Positions 21,028 to 34,325 of a stretch of 64,000 nucleotides of DNA are shown here, piece by piece. Source of the DNA: Hemiscyllium ocellatum (taxonomy: Eukaryota); assembly GCF_020745735.1 (NCBI RefSeq), contig NC_083409.1, positions 6,561,534-6,625,533 of the forward strand, written 5' to 3'. The position numbers and the translations under genes were made by a program. The notes under the pieces were generated by a model. It was not told where the DNA came from, ran no database searches, and was given only the letters and a program-made list of their open reading frames with translations. Every line of letters starts with the position of its first letter. The first letter of the stretch is position 1.

Positions 21028-23796
21028 AAGCCTCCATTCCAGCCTGATAATCATCTCGGACACTGGAAGAAAATGCCCAGGGCGCAGTTTAACATGGTGC
21101 AAAAAGCCTTTCTGCTGAAGCTTCAGTGTTTGCCTTCAGTGTGGACTTTCAGTTACTGATTTGCTCCCCTGTTAGGTGACAGGAAGAAAGAACACTTGCT
21201 GGTGCAGTGTTTTTTTTTTGTTAATCGTCTCAGGATATTTAAAGCTGCGTGCGCAGTGTAATCACCTTCACACGACAAATTGCTGAGGTCCCAAAATCAG
21301 CAAATGAATGACGAGACAAATCTTTTTGGTGGCATTAGTTGAATATTGAGCAGGATACCTGAGGGAATCTATTCAGAATGGGATCTTATCGAGCCCCCTG
21401 TGGTGGAAGGATTGGGGTCTGGGGGTTGCTGGTGGGGCTTTAAATGAACATCCCATATCATTGTGTCAGAGTTCACTGCAGTCTCAACCTGGATTCTGTG
21501 TTCTCATTTCTGAGGTGGCTTTCAATCCAATGAGCATTTGACTCTGAAACAGGAGCATTGCCCATGGAGTCACCGTCAGTAACAATGTAAACTGTGTAGC
21601 TCTGAAAGCCTAAGTCTGTATTTCAGCTCAGAAGGATATCATCTCATTCATCAAATCTGTTTCTGCCCCTCTGCAGGCTGACCAGGCTGCCAGTGCCTTT
21701 CCAATACTCCCAGATTTTCCCATGTGACACAGCTCATTTTCCTGAGGGATAGATTACTCGGAGTGGAAAAGTGTGGCGCTGGAAAAGCACAGCAGGTTAG
21801 GCAGTTGTGCTCAGGCCGAGGACATGACATTGTCCCTCTGTCAGATCCTCTTCGAGAAACTCATGGCTCACCACCGCCCTCTCCAGGACAGTTAGGGAAG
21901 GTCAACAGCAAGGGTAGTGTTGGTGATGCGTAGTTGCAAGTGCTGAACTCTGCAGTTTTGTGACATGCTTTGATAGCTGTTTGTTCGATCGTTGAGTGTA
22001 ACTTATTTTTTGCTGATCCCAGTGTCAATCCAAAGGACAATCCATCTTTCAGTCTGACACACCAGGGTCACCCTGTCATGGCTCTGTTTCTGGCTGAGAG
22101 TCCAGACTTTCAAAGAGATGAATTCAGTTTGATCATTTAATTTTACATCTTTTCTCATGATTTCTCCTGGGATGGGGCGGGCGTTGACATGTTGGTTATC
22201 GGTTGCCTTCCGCTAATTATCCTGGAGAGGGCTGTGGTAAACCATGTAATATCTGGAAAGGAAGGCGCAGGAATCTGTCCAAAATAGACATGAAATTCAA
22301 TGTGATGTTCACAAATGTTCTTTCGGCGAGGGAGCCTGATCTGTGACTCCTGCCCCACTGTGACATGATCCATTTTTAATGACCCCCTGATCTTACTTAG
22401 CAAAGAACTTAGTCCAAGCAACTGGGAGTGGGCAATAATTATGAAGCTCGCCAATGATGAAGCAGAAATAATAACAAGAAGGAATAATGCAGCTCCTTGC
22501 TGTCTGCCTTTTAGCCTCTGAGCCAGCACACTCTCACCGTTATGGGTTTCTAATCCTCTAACATTAATTCATTTGAGTGTGGGAATATATGAAGAGGTTT
22601 TATTTTGAACTATAAGGTCTCTTTTCTCCGTGACTCTCTCCTTTTCAACCCCCTACAATCCTGTCACCAGATGCTTCTGCTGACAACCTTATTGTGCAGA
22701 GTGAAAGCTCTGAAGCCTCACTGCCTTGTGTCTGTCTCCACTGCAACATTAGACAAATGACGTGTTTCCCAAACCCTGTTGAAATTAAAAGCCAGCAAAG
22801 AAAATGACTGCAACAAGAGTTGTGTTGGTCTTGTTCAAGAAAATAACTTTCATTTTAAAATTACATTTTTGTCAATGAGTGACAAAGGAAAGATGGGGGT
22901 CCAGGATTGCTGCAGCCTCTGCCAGAACATAGGACCCAGGAGCAGGAGCAGGTCTTTTGGGAGCTGCTCTGCCAATGAAGAAGATCACTGCACATCTGGT
23001 TATGATCTCACCTTACATTCTACTTCCCCACTCCCTCCCATTATCCTTAATTTCCTTGTTCATCAAAAAAATCTGTCTACTGCAAACTTGTGCCAACTCC
23101 ATGAGTGAACCTCCATTCCCTTTGTAGAGAAGTGAATTCCACAGAGTATCAACCCTCAGCAAGAAAACCCCTCCTTCCCTTTAAACGGGAGACTGGTTTG
23201 TGTTAAACCGGCCCTCCAGTTCTCGTCTGCCTATAACAGGATCCATCCTCTCAGTATCCAGCCTGTCATGTCACCTTCAGATCAGAAACTGTTAATGAAA
23301 GAGAACAGATTGCAAGAGGAGACTTTTCCCCAGAGATGATGAATAATGTTGATGTAAGTTGCTTTCTTCAGTGGCAGAGTCCAGGACAAGAGGGTTGTTA
23401 GAATTGTAATTCAGATGATTTCAGGAAAAATTCTTTCTGACAGAGATGTGGAAATATGGAACCCTCAATCCAAAATTAAAAAGCTGTTGAGGTTGGGTTT
23501 CAATGTTTAGTTACTCAGGGCAGTACGGTTTAGAGGACAAAGGGAGAATGTATTCCAGGTCAGCCATGGCCTGATTAACTGGGGAAACTAGGTCAAAGCA
23601 ACTGATTGGTCATGCCCACTGGAATCCACTGGAATGACTACTGGTGTGTTTGTGGCTAATGGAAGGAGTCACTACCCATATTCTTTAGCAGCTGTGCAAA
23701 TCCTCCATAGTAACTACAAAGCGGCTGTTTCACTGTGCCTGGCCAGAGGACAATCTACACCAGGTTCTAGCCCAACAGGTTCATTTGAAATCTCAA

Positions 23797-23822
23797 GCTT
23801 CCAAAGCGCTGCTCCTTCATCA
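23797..23822 (-). ncRNA. Minimal hammerhead-like motif in a PLE terminal fragment
   Basis: Minus strand CTGATGA-AGGAGC-AGC-GCTTT-GGAAGC, with one mismatch in GAAA. Confidence 0.45.
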
Positions 23823-23942
23823 GGTGTACCCCAGTCCAGCATCGGCATTTCCTCATTACTGAACAGTCCAAATAAACTGGGGCTCCGTGAGAGTCTAACT
23901 GGCTCCATCTGTACAAATGAGGAGAGAGAGAGAGAGAGAGAT

Positions 23943-23974
<32 letters not shown>

Positions 23975-24252
23975 TACATCTTTGGCAGCAGGATACCTAA
24001 TTGCACCACAATGAAAATGCTCTGCATGCTATGATATATCAAAAAGAAGTATTTTGCTGTAACTTTTGATTATCCTCACAGTGTGCTGTTTTATTCATGA
24101 TGTGATACACGGAGAGTATGTTAGCGTTGGGTGGCAAAGGTATATTTTCTCCACTAATACCTTTCCAAAACTCTCTCTCTGTCTTGCTTTACTCCTTCTT
24201 GACTCTTCCACAATTGCGTCTATTTCCTCACTCCTTCCCAGTCTCAAAGGAA

Positions 24253-24975
24253 CATAATATACAGAGGGATCTGGGTGTACATGTTCACAGATCACTGAAG
24301 GTGCCAGCACCTAAGGCAGTAAAAAAGGTCAATGGCACGCTGGTCTACATTGGGAGGAGCACTGCGTATTAGGATAGACAAGTTATACTGCAGCTTTGCT
24401 GAACTTTGGTTTGGCCACACTTGGAACATTTGTATACAGTTCTGGTCACCACACGACCAGAAGGATGTGGATGTTTTAAAGAGGGTACAGAAAATATTTA
24501 CCATGAATGCTGTCTGATATGGAGAATTTTAGTTATGAAGAAAGGTTGGATAGACTGGATTTATTTTCATTGGAATTCAGGAGGTTGAAGGGCATCCTAA
24601 TAGAACTTTATGAAATTGTGAATGGCATGGAGAGAGTGGAAAATATGTTGGTTTTTCCCAGGGGAGACGGGTCAGTTACTAGGGGACACGGGTTCAAGGT
24701 GTGGGAGGGGGGTGCGGTGGGGATTTAAAACAGATGTGTGAGGTAAGTATTTCACACAAACGGTGGTGAGGGGCTGGAACACGCAGCCAGTGGAGGTGGT
24801 GGAAGCAGACACAATAGCAGCTTTCAAGAAATACCTGGAGGAATACAGGGATAGGAAGGGAATAGAGGGATATGAATCCTGTAGGTGAATACAGTTTCAG
24901 TGAGGAATGGCAAAATGTGTCAGCACAGGCTGGGAGGGCAGAAGGGTCTGTTCCTGTGCTGTAATGTTCCTTGTT
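24253..24975 (+). mobile_element. CR1 3' fragment shared by all three duplicated blocks
   Basis: QRDLGVHVHRSLKV..WPHLEHL..RRLKGILIELYEIV. Same 3' flank (GAATTGGATTCTC..GAGCCAGCTCC) at 28340-28550 and 53670-53850. Confidence 0.9.
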
Positions 24976-27006
24976 CTTTGGTCACTGCTGTTGAATTGGA
25001 TTCTCAGGAGCCAGCTCCCTATGAAGGGCCTGTTCTCATTCTTTTGTTGGAGTTCATGGAGCAGCTGCTGCTTCCTTGCTACGTCACTGATCAAACCAAC
25101 AATGTGGGAAGACTCATGACGGAGTGGATGGTTGTTTGAATTCTCACTTGTGATAATACAGTTTGAAATGTATGAGTGTACTTTCCCCTCCCGCTGTGGA
25201 GTGAGTCACTGCCAGTGTCCCCAACCCGACCTTTTCACTCTTATAGTGGTAGCATTTTTAGGATTCCTTCTGTCGGAAAATGCTGTCATTGACCCCTCTC
25301 ACCCACAACCCACACCACCCTTCCCCGACTTCTCCCATCAACCCCCCTGCCAAGCTCTCGGGCACTGGGTGGGGGTGAATGGAATTTTAACCTTTATTGT
25401 TGCGGGTTGGAATTTAAAAACGGAGAAATCTTGTACCAATTCTAATGGATGTGAATGAGCCTGCACATGCCGTGCTGTGTGCAGTTTTGGTCCTGGTATT
25501 TAAGAAAGGATGGACTGGCATTGGAAGCATCCTCCTGCTCCAATTTCTCACAGCAGAACTGGTTTGGACCCTGCTTGCAGGAGCAGCCTCCAGCTTCTGG
25601 GTGGTGCCATGCCCAGCTTCCCGCTTCCTCTCCCCAGTCTTCTGGTGCAGCAGGTGGGGGAGGCGATATAATGGACCACTCTGTTATCCTCAATCCCTCC
25701 CCAGTCTCCCAAACTCTCCACTCTGGCCTTCCACCACATAACTAGCAGCTGTTCCTTCAGTCTCCCAGGCCCTCAGCACAGGTATTTCCTCCAAAAACCC
25801 CTCTCACTTCTTAGAATAAACTCTTTTGGTCATCAACACAAACACCGTATGTCCCCATCTTTTGAACGGTTACTATATTAAAGATGCTATATTAATGCAA
25901 GTTGGTGTTGTTGATATTACTGACCAGGAGTTATTTATTTCAGGTTTCACCGATATAAGAGGAAAAAGAATGACCACGGTTGTAGAGAGGTAATCATTTT
26001 CAGCCAACTGTATCACTAACACCAGCTCATCAAAAGTCCCTCAAATAGTTCCTTCCAAACCCATGACTGCTTCAGTCTGGAACGACAAGGGCAGCAGATA
26101 TATGGGAACACCAAATCCCTGGAAGTTCAGACAAGCCATTCACCGTCCTGACTTTGAACTGTTCCTTCACCGCCACTGGGTCAAAATTCTGGAATTTCCC
26201 CTCTTAGGGCTTTATGAGTCTATCTACAGCACATGGATGCAACGGTCCAAGAAAGCAACTCAGCACCAACTTCACCAGGGCAACTAGGAATAGTAATAAA
26301 TGCTGGCCCATTCAGTGAACCCCACATCCCATGAAGGCATTTTCAGAAGGCCATTTCCTTTGACATCTCCCTTCCACCCAACCTAATACTCAGGCCTCAT
26401 TGGCTGCTTGGATTTCTCTTGCCATTTGATCCTATTCTCCACTCCGTCTCCTATCCCTGAGATCCTTGTCAATAGTTTGCTGTTATTGTGGGAGCCTGCT
26501 GAGAGTAAATGGGCTGTCACAGTTCCCACATTACAACAATGACTAGACTTTGGAAGTATTCCATGAGCTATAAAACATCTTTGAACATCCTGAGCTCATG
26601 AACGGTGTAACAGGAGTGCAATTCTCTCTCCTTTTTGTTTCCTCTCCATGTCTTCCCATCTGTCTCCCCACAACATTCCTCCCTTGTTTAAAATTTAGAA
26701 TGAATTATGAATCTCTCGGAGAACTTAATCTGTGGCAACATTGAGATTAACAACAACCACCTCCTTGGTGGGCTTTGAGTGTGAAGGTCAATAACACTCT
26801 CACTGGGACTTGATCTGGGTTGTCTCTAGTCAGTCAGTATAATTGTTCTGGGGCCAGACATTACTGACCAACCTTAAACCCTGTGATCTGATTGAGATGA
26901 CAGATGACCTGCGCTGGGCTTTAACACACTGTTACCACAGCACAGAGTGAAATCACGTAGCGCTGGAAAAGCACGGCCGGTCAGGCAATATCCCTGGAGC
27001 AGGAGA

Positions 27007-27037
27007 GTCGACGTTTCAAGCATAAGCTCTTCATCAG
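27007..27037 (-). ncRNA. Minimal hammerhead ribozyme, best-preserved copy
   Basis: Minus strand CTGATGA-A-GAGC-TTAT-GCTT-GAAAC-GTC-GAC: intact core, stem II, and palindromic stem III with GUC. Confidence 0.7.
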
Positions 27038-27290
27038 GAATGGGGAGGAGGGAGTGAGGAGTCGGAGAGATAAATGGGAGGAAATTGGGGCTGGGGAGAA
27101 GGTAGTGAAGATTGCAATAGGTACGTGGAGGTGGGTGGTGACAGTGATAGGTCAGAGTGAAAGGTGGAGCGGATAGGTGGAAAGGAAGATGGACAGGTAG
27201 GACAGTTCAAGAGGGTAGTGCCGAGTTGGAGGGTTGGATCTGGGATAAGCTGGGGGGAATGGAGATGAGGAAACAAGTAACATCAACATT

Positions 27291-27910
27291 CAGAATATTG
27301 AGTACAGGAGTTGGGAGGTCATGTTGCGGCTGTACAGGACATTGGTTAGGCCACTGTTGGAATATTGTGTGCAATTCTGGTCTCCTTCCTATCGGAAAGA
27401 TGTTGTGAAACTTTAAAGGGTTCAGAAATGATTTACAAGAATGTTGCCAAGGTTTGAGGATCCGAACTACAGAGAGAGGCTGAACAGGCTGGGACTGTTT
27501 TCCCTGGAGCATCGGAGGCTGAGGGGTGACCTTATAGAGGTTTACAAAATTAGGAGGGGCATAGATAGGATAAATAGACAACATTTTTTCCCTCGGGTTG
27601 CGGAGTGCAGAACTAGAGGACATACATTTAGGGTGAGAGGGGAAAGACATAAAAGAGACCTCAAGGGCAACTTTTTCACGCAGAGGGTGGTACGTGTATG
27701 GAATGAGCTGCCCGAGGATGTGATGGAGGCTGGTACAATTGCAACATTTAAGAGTCATTTCGATGCCTATATGAATAGGAAGGGTTTAGAGGGATATGGG
27801 CCGGCTCCGGCAGTGGGAATAGATTGGGTTGGGATATGTGGTCGGCATGGACGGGTTGGACCGAAGGGTCTGTTTCTATGCTGTACATCTCTATGACGCT
27901 ATGACTCTAT
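27291..27910 (+). mobile_element. Young 5'-truncated CR1
   Basis: 151-aa open C-terminal frame (27441-27896), CTATGA-type tail, and AACATT at 27285-27290 and 27911-27916. Confidence 0.92.
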
Positions 27911-28490
27911 AACATTGATTCCGTGTCATTGGAGGGTCTCAAGTTGGAAGATGTGGTGTTTTTCCTCCAGTAGTTAGATGGCTTCAACTTGGCGGTTGAG
28001 GAGGCCTAGGGACTTGCATATCTTTAGCAAGTGGGAGGGGGAGTTGAAATGGTCGGGCACAGGGTGGTGGGGTTGTTTAGTGCATGTGTCCTGAAGATAT
28101 CATCTTCCAATCCTCCAATGAAGATGCACTGTCCTCACCAAAACATGTTGGCAAATCTCTTCATACCACATAAAGGGAGAGAAACATTGAAAACTGTAGT
28201 ATCATGAGTGAGAGTCCATTTAATACAAGGATTACGATATTAAATGTTCCCAGTCGTAAACAACATTCGTGTATTGATGTCATTATCTTATGAAACAATA
28301 TTAAAACCTCAGCCAAACATTTTCCTGCAGACAGTGTATTTAAAATATCAAGAGGCTTTCCCCATTGTTAGTTTGATCAGGGACGTAGCAAGGAAGCAGC
28401 AGCTGCCCCATGAACTCCACCAAAAGAATGAGGACAGGCTCTTCATATGGAGCTGGCTCCCGAGAATCCAATTCAACAGCAGGGATCAAA

Positions 28491-29590
28491 GAACAAGGAA
28501 CAATACAGCACAGGAACAGGCCCTTCGGCACTCCAAGCCTCTGCTGATACATGTTGCACTTCTATACTGAAAATATCTTCATTGACAGGATTCATATACC
28601 TCTATTCCCTTCCTATTCATGCATTAGTGCAGGTATTTCTTGAATACTTCTATTGTGTCTGCTTCCACCCCCTCCTCTGGCAGTGTGTTCCAGGTACTCA
28701 ACTTTCTTTGTGTTAAATACTTGGTTTGTACATCTCTTTACAATTAATTCACCCCAAATCCCTGCACCTTGATCTTGTGTCCCCTAGTATTTGACCCCTC
28801 CACCCTGGGAAAAAGCCTCATATTTTCCACTCTGCCTATCCCATTCACAACTCTGTAAACTTCTATCAGGACGCACCTCATTTTCCTGCATTACAGTGGA
28901 AACAAACTCAGTCTCTCCAAACTTCCTTCAGAACTGCAATTCCCCCATACCAGACAATATCCTGGTAAACATTTTCTGCATTGTCTTCAAAACATCCACA
29001 TCCTTCTTTTTGGACCGTATTGAGTTGTATGCAACCAGAACAGTATGCCATATTCCAAGTCTGGCCAAACTAAAGTTCTATAAAGCTGCAGCATAACTTG
29101 TCTATCCTTACTCTCAATGCCTCTTCCAATGAAGGCAAGCATGCCATAAGCCTTTTTTACTGCCTTACCTCCCTGTGCTGGCACCTTCAGTGATTTGTGA
29201 ATATGCACACCCAGATCCCACTACATATCAATACTCCAAAGGATTCTGCCATTCACTGTATAATTCCCACCTGTCCATCACCTTTCAAAATGCATCACCT
29301 CACATTTGTCTGGATTAAACTACATCTGCCATTTTTCGGTCCAAGCATCCAACTGATCTCTATCCTGCCATATCCTAGATAATCCTTCTCTTTATCTGCA
29401 ATTCTACCAATCTTTGTATCAATTGTAAACTTACTAATTAGACCAGCTACGCTTTCCTCCAAATCATTTATGTAGACCATATACAGCCGAATTCCATGTG
29501 GAACCCCACGAACCATTGCCCTCCATTCTGAAAACCATTCTCCCATCACTGCCCTCTGTTTCCTCTGACTCAGCCAATTCTGTGTCCAAT
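28491..29590 (-). mobile_element. CR1 RT/3' fragment
   Basis: ORFs 28987-29208 (LQLYRTLVWPDLEY) and 29295-29615 (WRAMVRGVP..SKFTIDTKIG). Confidence 0.9.
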
Positions 29591-31134
29591 GCTGGGGACA
29601 TTTTAGACAATTCACCTTGTCCCCACCCCATTACTGCAACTTGATCCATTTCATTCAGAAAGAGAAAAAGGACAATGTGCAGATTGTCGAACAGGCCTCT
29701 ACACCTGGGCCTGAGGCAGGAGCCCAATCTGCAACACACTGGCCTCACTTCACACCAACCTTCACACAGTGCGGGGTCATGAACTCCGGCCATCAATCCC
29801 TCTGGGACCGAGACGGAGTGAGGGAACAGGGGCAATTGTAGAAGAGTCAATAAGGAGTAAAGCAAGATGGAGAGAGTGTGTTGGAAAGCGTTTAATGGAG
29901 GGACATACCTATACAGACATTGTCTACGTGTATCATAGAAGGAACAAAACATCTCTCCAGCAATGTGGCTGACCCTTACTTGCCATTTGAAAGGCTAAAC
30001 AAGCCCCTCAGTTTCGGGGCAGGTACGTATGGGGAACAAATGCTGGTCTTGCCAGTGACTCCCGCATCCCAGGAAAGAATATGTGGGTTCAGTGTTAACA
30101 CCGTCACCTGAACCTGCAGATTTCAAGCACCACTCCAGATACTGGAGCAGTATCCTGAGGCTGGCAAAGGCAAGGACGCCATCTGCTGGATGATTGGTTA
30201 AACCACTGCCATCTCAGGTCGATGTAAATATAAGGGCTTTGTGACCATCTCAGGGAAACTCTCCCCAGTGTTCTGACCAATGCTTCTCTTATAACCAATG
30301 GCATTAAAACAGATACAAAAACAAAATACTGCAAATCTCAAATAGAAGTGCGATGCTGGAGAAAGGGAACAGGTGCAGCCTCTGTGTGAAGAGGAGGATT
30401 TTTTGGGTTCAGTCATGTTTTATCTAAAGGGCAGCAATTTTTCATTTATATTTAATTTTATGCTGTTTCATATTATTTTATTTAAATATTGTTGAAAATA
30501 GGTTTGCCCGCTTGATTGGAAACACATTCACACGCCTGCATCCCCCCACATCGATGCTCAGTCACAGCTCTGTGTATTATTTACAAGATGCACTGCAGAG
30601 ATTCACCAAAGATCCTGAGACAACAGCTTCCAAACTCATGACCACTTATATTTGGACGAGGGCAGCAGATACACGGGACTATCACCCCAGCAAGCTCCTC
30701 TCCAAGTCATTCACCAGTTTGACTTGGAAATATGAAGCTGTTCCTCCATCATCACTGGGTCAGAATTCCCTTCCTAAGGACATTGTGGGTCCACCAAACG
30801 CACACGGACTATAGGGGTTCAAGAAGGCAGCTAATCACTACCAGGTCCAGGGCAATTAGAGATGGACAGTAAAAAGCCTGGTACAAGAGAGAGTAGGCAT
30901 GCTTAAGGACCAGAAAGTGAGACTGTGATGTTTCAGTTATTCCTGGATATTGGTGTGACCACAACTCAAATACTGAGGGTAGTTTTTGGTCTCCCTATTG
31001 AAGAAAGAATATAAATGCATCGGAGGTTGTTCACAGGAATTTTACCCGATTGATCCCTGGAATGAGTGGGCTGTGATGAGGAAAGTTTGGAAAAGGGGAT
31101 AAAAGGAATGAGGCGGAGCAGAGTGTTGAGGTAG

Positions 31135-31440
31135 GGATAGGATGAGAATGGTAGAGAGCGTGCCCTGATTAGTCGATGGGAGAGATTAATTTGTATTCAT
31201 CCCTCCCATCAACCAATCAGGTCGTACCCTCTACCTATCTTCACCTCTCCACATCTCACCACCCTGCCACCACCACTCCCTTTATCTGCAGCTCTCCCAT
31301 CATTCCTCCAGCCTCCAATCGACCCCCATTCCTGAAGAAGGATTACAGATAAAATGTTGACTTCTCCACCTCGTGAAGCTGCCTGGCTCGCTGTGTTCTC
31401 CCAGCCTCCTGCTTGTCAACATTGGATTCCAGCATTTGAA
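31135..31440 (+). mobile_element. Penelope terminal-repeat fragment with a short fold-back
   Basis: CCTGAAGAAGG..AAAATGTTGACTTCTCCACCTC matches 20947-21025; about 31140-31190 is inverted relative to 31197-31240. Confidence 0.65.
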
Positions 31441-33639
31441 TTTTGTTTTGTCTCTAATCCCTTCAGGGGCCTGGATGAGAGTGAGGAAATTGGGTTTTGA
31501 TGGAGCTACCCACAGACTCAAGTCAAAAGAAGCAAAGCAAGAAAGGCAAGTGGATCGAATACAAGAGAGCAGATTGTGGGGGAAAACCAATTATTACCAG
31601 TTTAGCAATTGCAAAGGAGGGAGTGACAACATTGAATTGCTTCTGGTGTCATCCTCTGTGCCATAACATTTCACAGTGCCAGCCCCACATCCTTCCGTTA
31701 GCTTTGTCATTGACAGTCAACAGTTTCCTTCCCACAGTCGTTTTTAAAATGTCCTATCCCAGGGAATCACTGACACAGAAAATATTTCACCATTTCTGAG
31801 AAAGTTGGAGAAATAATAGATGTCAAGTAGCTGTTTCTCAGCCTTCAGGGTCTGACAGAAGGATCTATGTAGGCTGTGGATTCTGGAGACAGATCACTGA
31901 GATATTCCTCACTCCCATCAAAACCTGACTTTATTCTGACATCAGTTTCTATTCTTCATTATAAAGTACCCCCACCAGTTTCAGACTAGACATTTCACAC
32001 CCAGCCCCCATTTCCTCACATTGGAGTTAAGAACCAAACTTGCCCTATCTCAGAATTGTCCTCTGAATGTGGCATGAATGCTGTGTTTGAGTGGAAGAGC
32101 CACAGTGGAATCTGGGACTGAATCCAAGGGGTTTCTGATCCACCACCATCATCCCCACTCTGTGAGATTCTGTTTGAATAAGAATTCAGCCCCATGATTC
32201 CCACTGATACGAGAATCATGGAGTGAGATTCCTGGAGCCACGTGTGGACTGAGGAACACAACAGTCAGGGCAATGAGCTGCTCTGGAATCCACGCTGAGC
32301 CCTGGATGGTTATCACTGAGATGGTCCAGAGGATACAGAATATGACAGCAGAAAGTGGAAACAGTTTATCAGTGACTGTCCTCGCCAGCCGTGACTCCCA
32401 GACTGAACATTCTCAATCTGACTCCAGGGACACAAGGGACAATTCCATCTCGTTTGAGGAGTAAAGAAAACCCAGGTATAATTTATGGAATATTTATTTG
32501 CCAAGTTGTTATTATGCAATTGTTATTCTGAGGAACAAGGTCCTGCTGGTTTTATTCATCAATATAGTGTTCCCCGTGGCTCTGGCTCCCAAACAGTTGT
32601 TTGGAATTTCTTGGCTTGTGATCTTGCTGTGCTTAAGGGATGGGTGAGCGTTGATGGGGAATTTGCATTAGATTATTGTGTTCCCCATTGCCCGCTCCTG
32701 ATCATGATCCTGATTACTGCTTGGAGACCTGGAAAAACTTTCATCAGATTCTTTATTTCTTTCGGTTCCTCAACTCTACCCACCCAGAATCTACACCTTC
32801 TGATTCTATATCACTTCTTGCTATTGATTTAATTTCATTTCTTACTCACAAGGCAACTCTTGCCCCTCTGCCCATCCGCCTGTCCTTTTGATAGGACATG
32901 TATCCTTGGATATTTAGTTCACAGCCCAGATCCCCTTACAGCCATGTCCCTGTGATACACGCAACATCGTACCTGCCAGTTTCAATCTGCACTACAAGCC
33001 CATTGTGTATACTGTGTGCATTTAAGTACAACACCCTCGGTCCTGCATTGACTGCCCTCCTTCTCATCATTGTCTGCTTATCTCTTGTGTTTGATGTTCA
33101 ACTCTTGATCCTTTCCATGTCTCTGTCGTATTACATCTTCTAGAAACCTGAATAACTTGTCCTGAGCCCTCCTCCACTGTAACTGTTTAAAATCCCTTGG
33201 AAACTCAATTTACCTCAATTTCTGGCATCACTCTGTCTTCCGTACTCGGAATAATTCACACATTTAGATAAAAACTCTTTAAGTTTGTTCTATTATTGAT
33301 TTTCCCTGCACTTTTTTGGTTCCTTTGATATTCCAAAATTCTGCCCCTTCCTTTTATTTGCTGGTAACAATCAATCCCATCACTAATCACCAACCTACCT
33401 GCCCCTTTCCACTCCATTTCCTCATTTTTCATCCAACTGAACCCAATTATTGGATCTTTGGGTGGAGTTCAGGATAATATTTATCTTTGAACCAGCATAA
33501 TTAACATGGTCTTTGATCTCATTGCTTTTCATGGGATCTTGCTGAGTAGAAACTGGCTGCCACTTTCCTGACATTGCAACAGTGACTGGTTTTCAAACAA
33601 AACTGTCTATAAATGTCTTTGGGAGAGCCTGAGGTGTTA

Positions 33640-34325
33640 GAGTCAGAGATTTGTACAGCACGGAAACCAACCCTTCAATCCAACTCATTAATGCTGACCA
33701 GATATCCTAAATTATTTTAATCCCCTTTGCCAGCATTTAGCCATATCCCTCTGAAGTCTTCCTATTCATATAACCATCCAGATGCCTTGTAAATGCTGTA
33801 TTTCTACCCGCCCCCACCACTTCCTCTGGCAGATCATTCCATACATGTACCACCCTCCGCATGAAAAGGTTGGCCCTTAGGTCCCTTTTAAATCTTTCCA
33901 CTGTCACCTTCAACCTATGCCACCTAGTTTTCAACTGCACCACTCTGGAGAAACGATCTTCTCTAGTAACCCTATCTATGCCCCTCATGATTTTATGAAC
34001 ACTATATTGTCACCCCTCAGCCTCCAATGTTGCAGGGTAAATAGCCTCAGCCTATTCAGCCTCTCCAGATAGCTCAAACCCTCCAACCCTGGCAACAACA
34101 TTGTCAGTCTTTTCTGAAGCATTTTAAGTTTCACAAAATTATTCCTGTAGCAGGTAGACCAGAATTGCACACAGTATTCCAAAAGTGCCCTAAGCAATGT
34201 CCTGTACAGCCGCAACAGCTCCCAACTCCAATATTCAATGCACTGCCCAATTAAGGAAAGCATACTGAACAATATCTTCACCACAATATCGACCTGCAAC
34301 TCCACTTTGAAGGAACTATACTTTT
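33640..34325 (-). mobile_element. CR1 3' fragment inserted after duplication
   Basis: ORFs 33737-33988 and 33985-34371; absent from the paralogous site near 12190. Confidence 0.88.

Larger units (their letters stand above)
15015..25400 (+). repeat. Segmental duplication block B, forward copy
   Basis: Collinear reverse-complement matches to 28120-32700 and 53150-60270, e.g. 15550-16550 with 32460-31450, 18200-18800 with 30480-29950 and 58720-58150, 21030-22300 with 57470-55600. Confidence 0.9.
26945..28100 (-). mobile_element. Penelope-like terminal region with a nested CR1
   Basis: PLE terminal-repeat sequence at 26945-27290 continues at 27911-28100. Confidence 0.75.
28120..32700 (-). repeat. 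Segmental duplication block B', inverted and internally deleted
   Basis: Reverse-complement match to parts of 15015-25120 and direct match to 53440-55250 and 58200-59350. A ~3-kb deletion relative to B'' near 29952. Confidence 0.9.
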
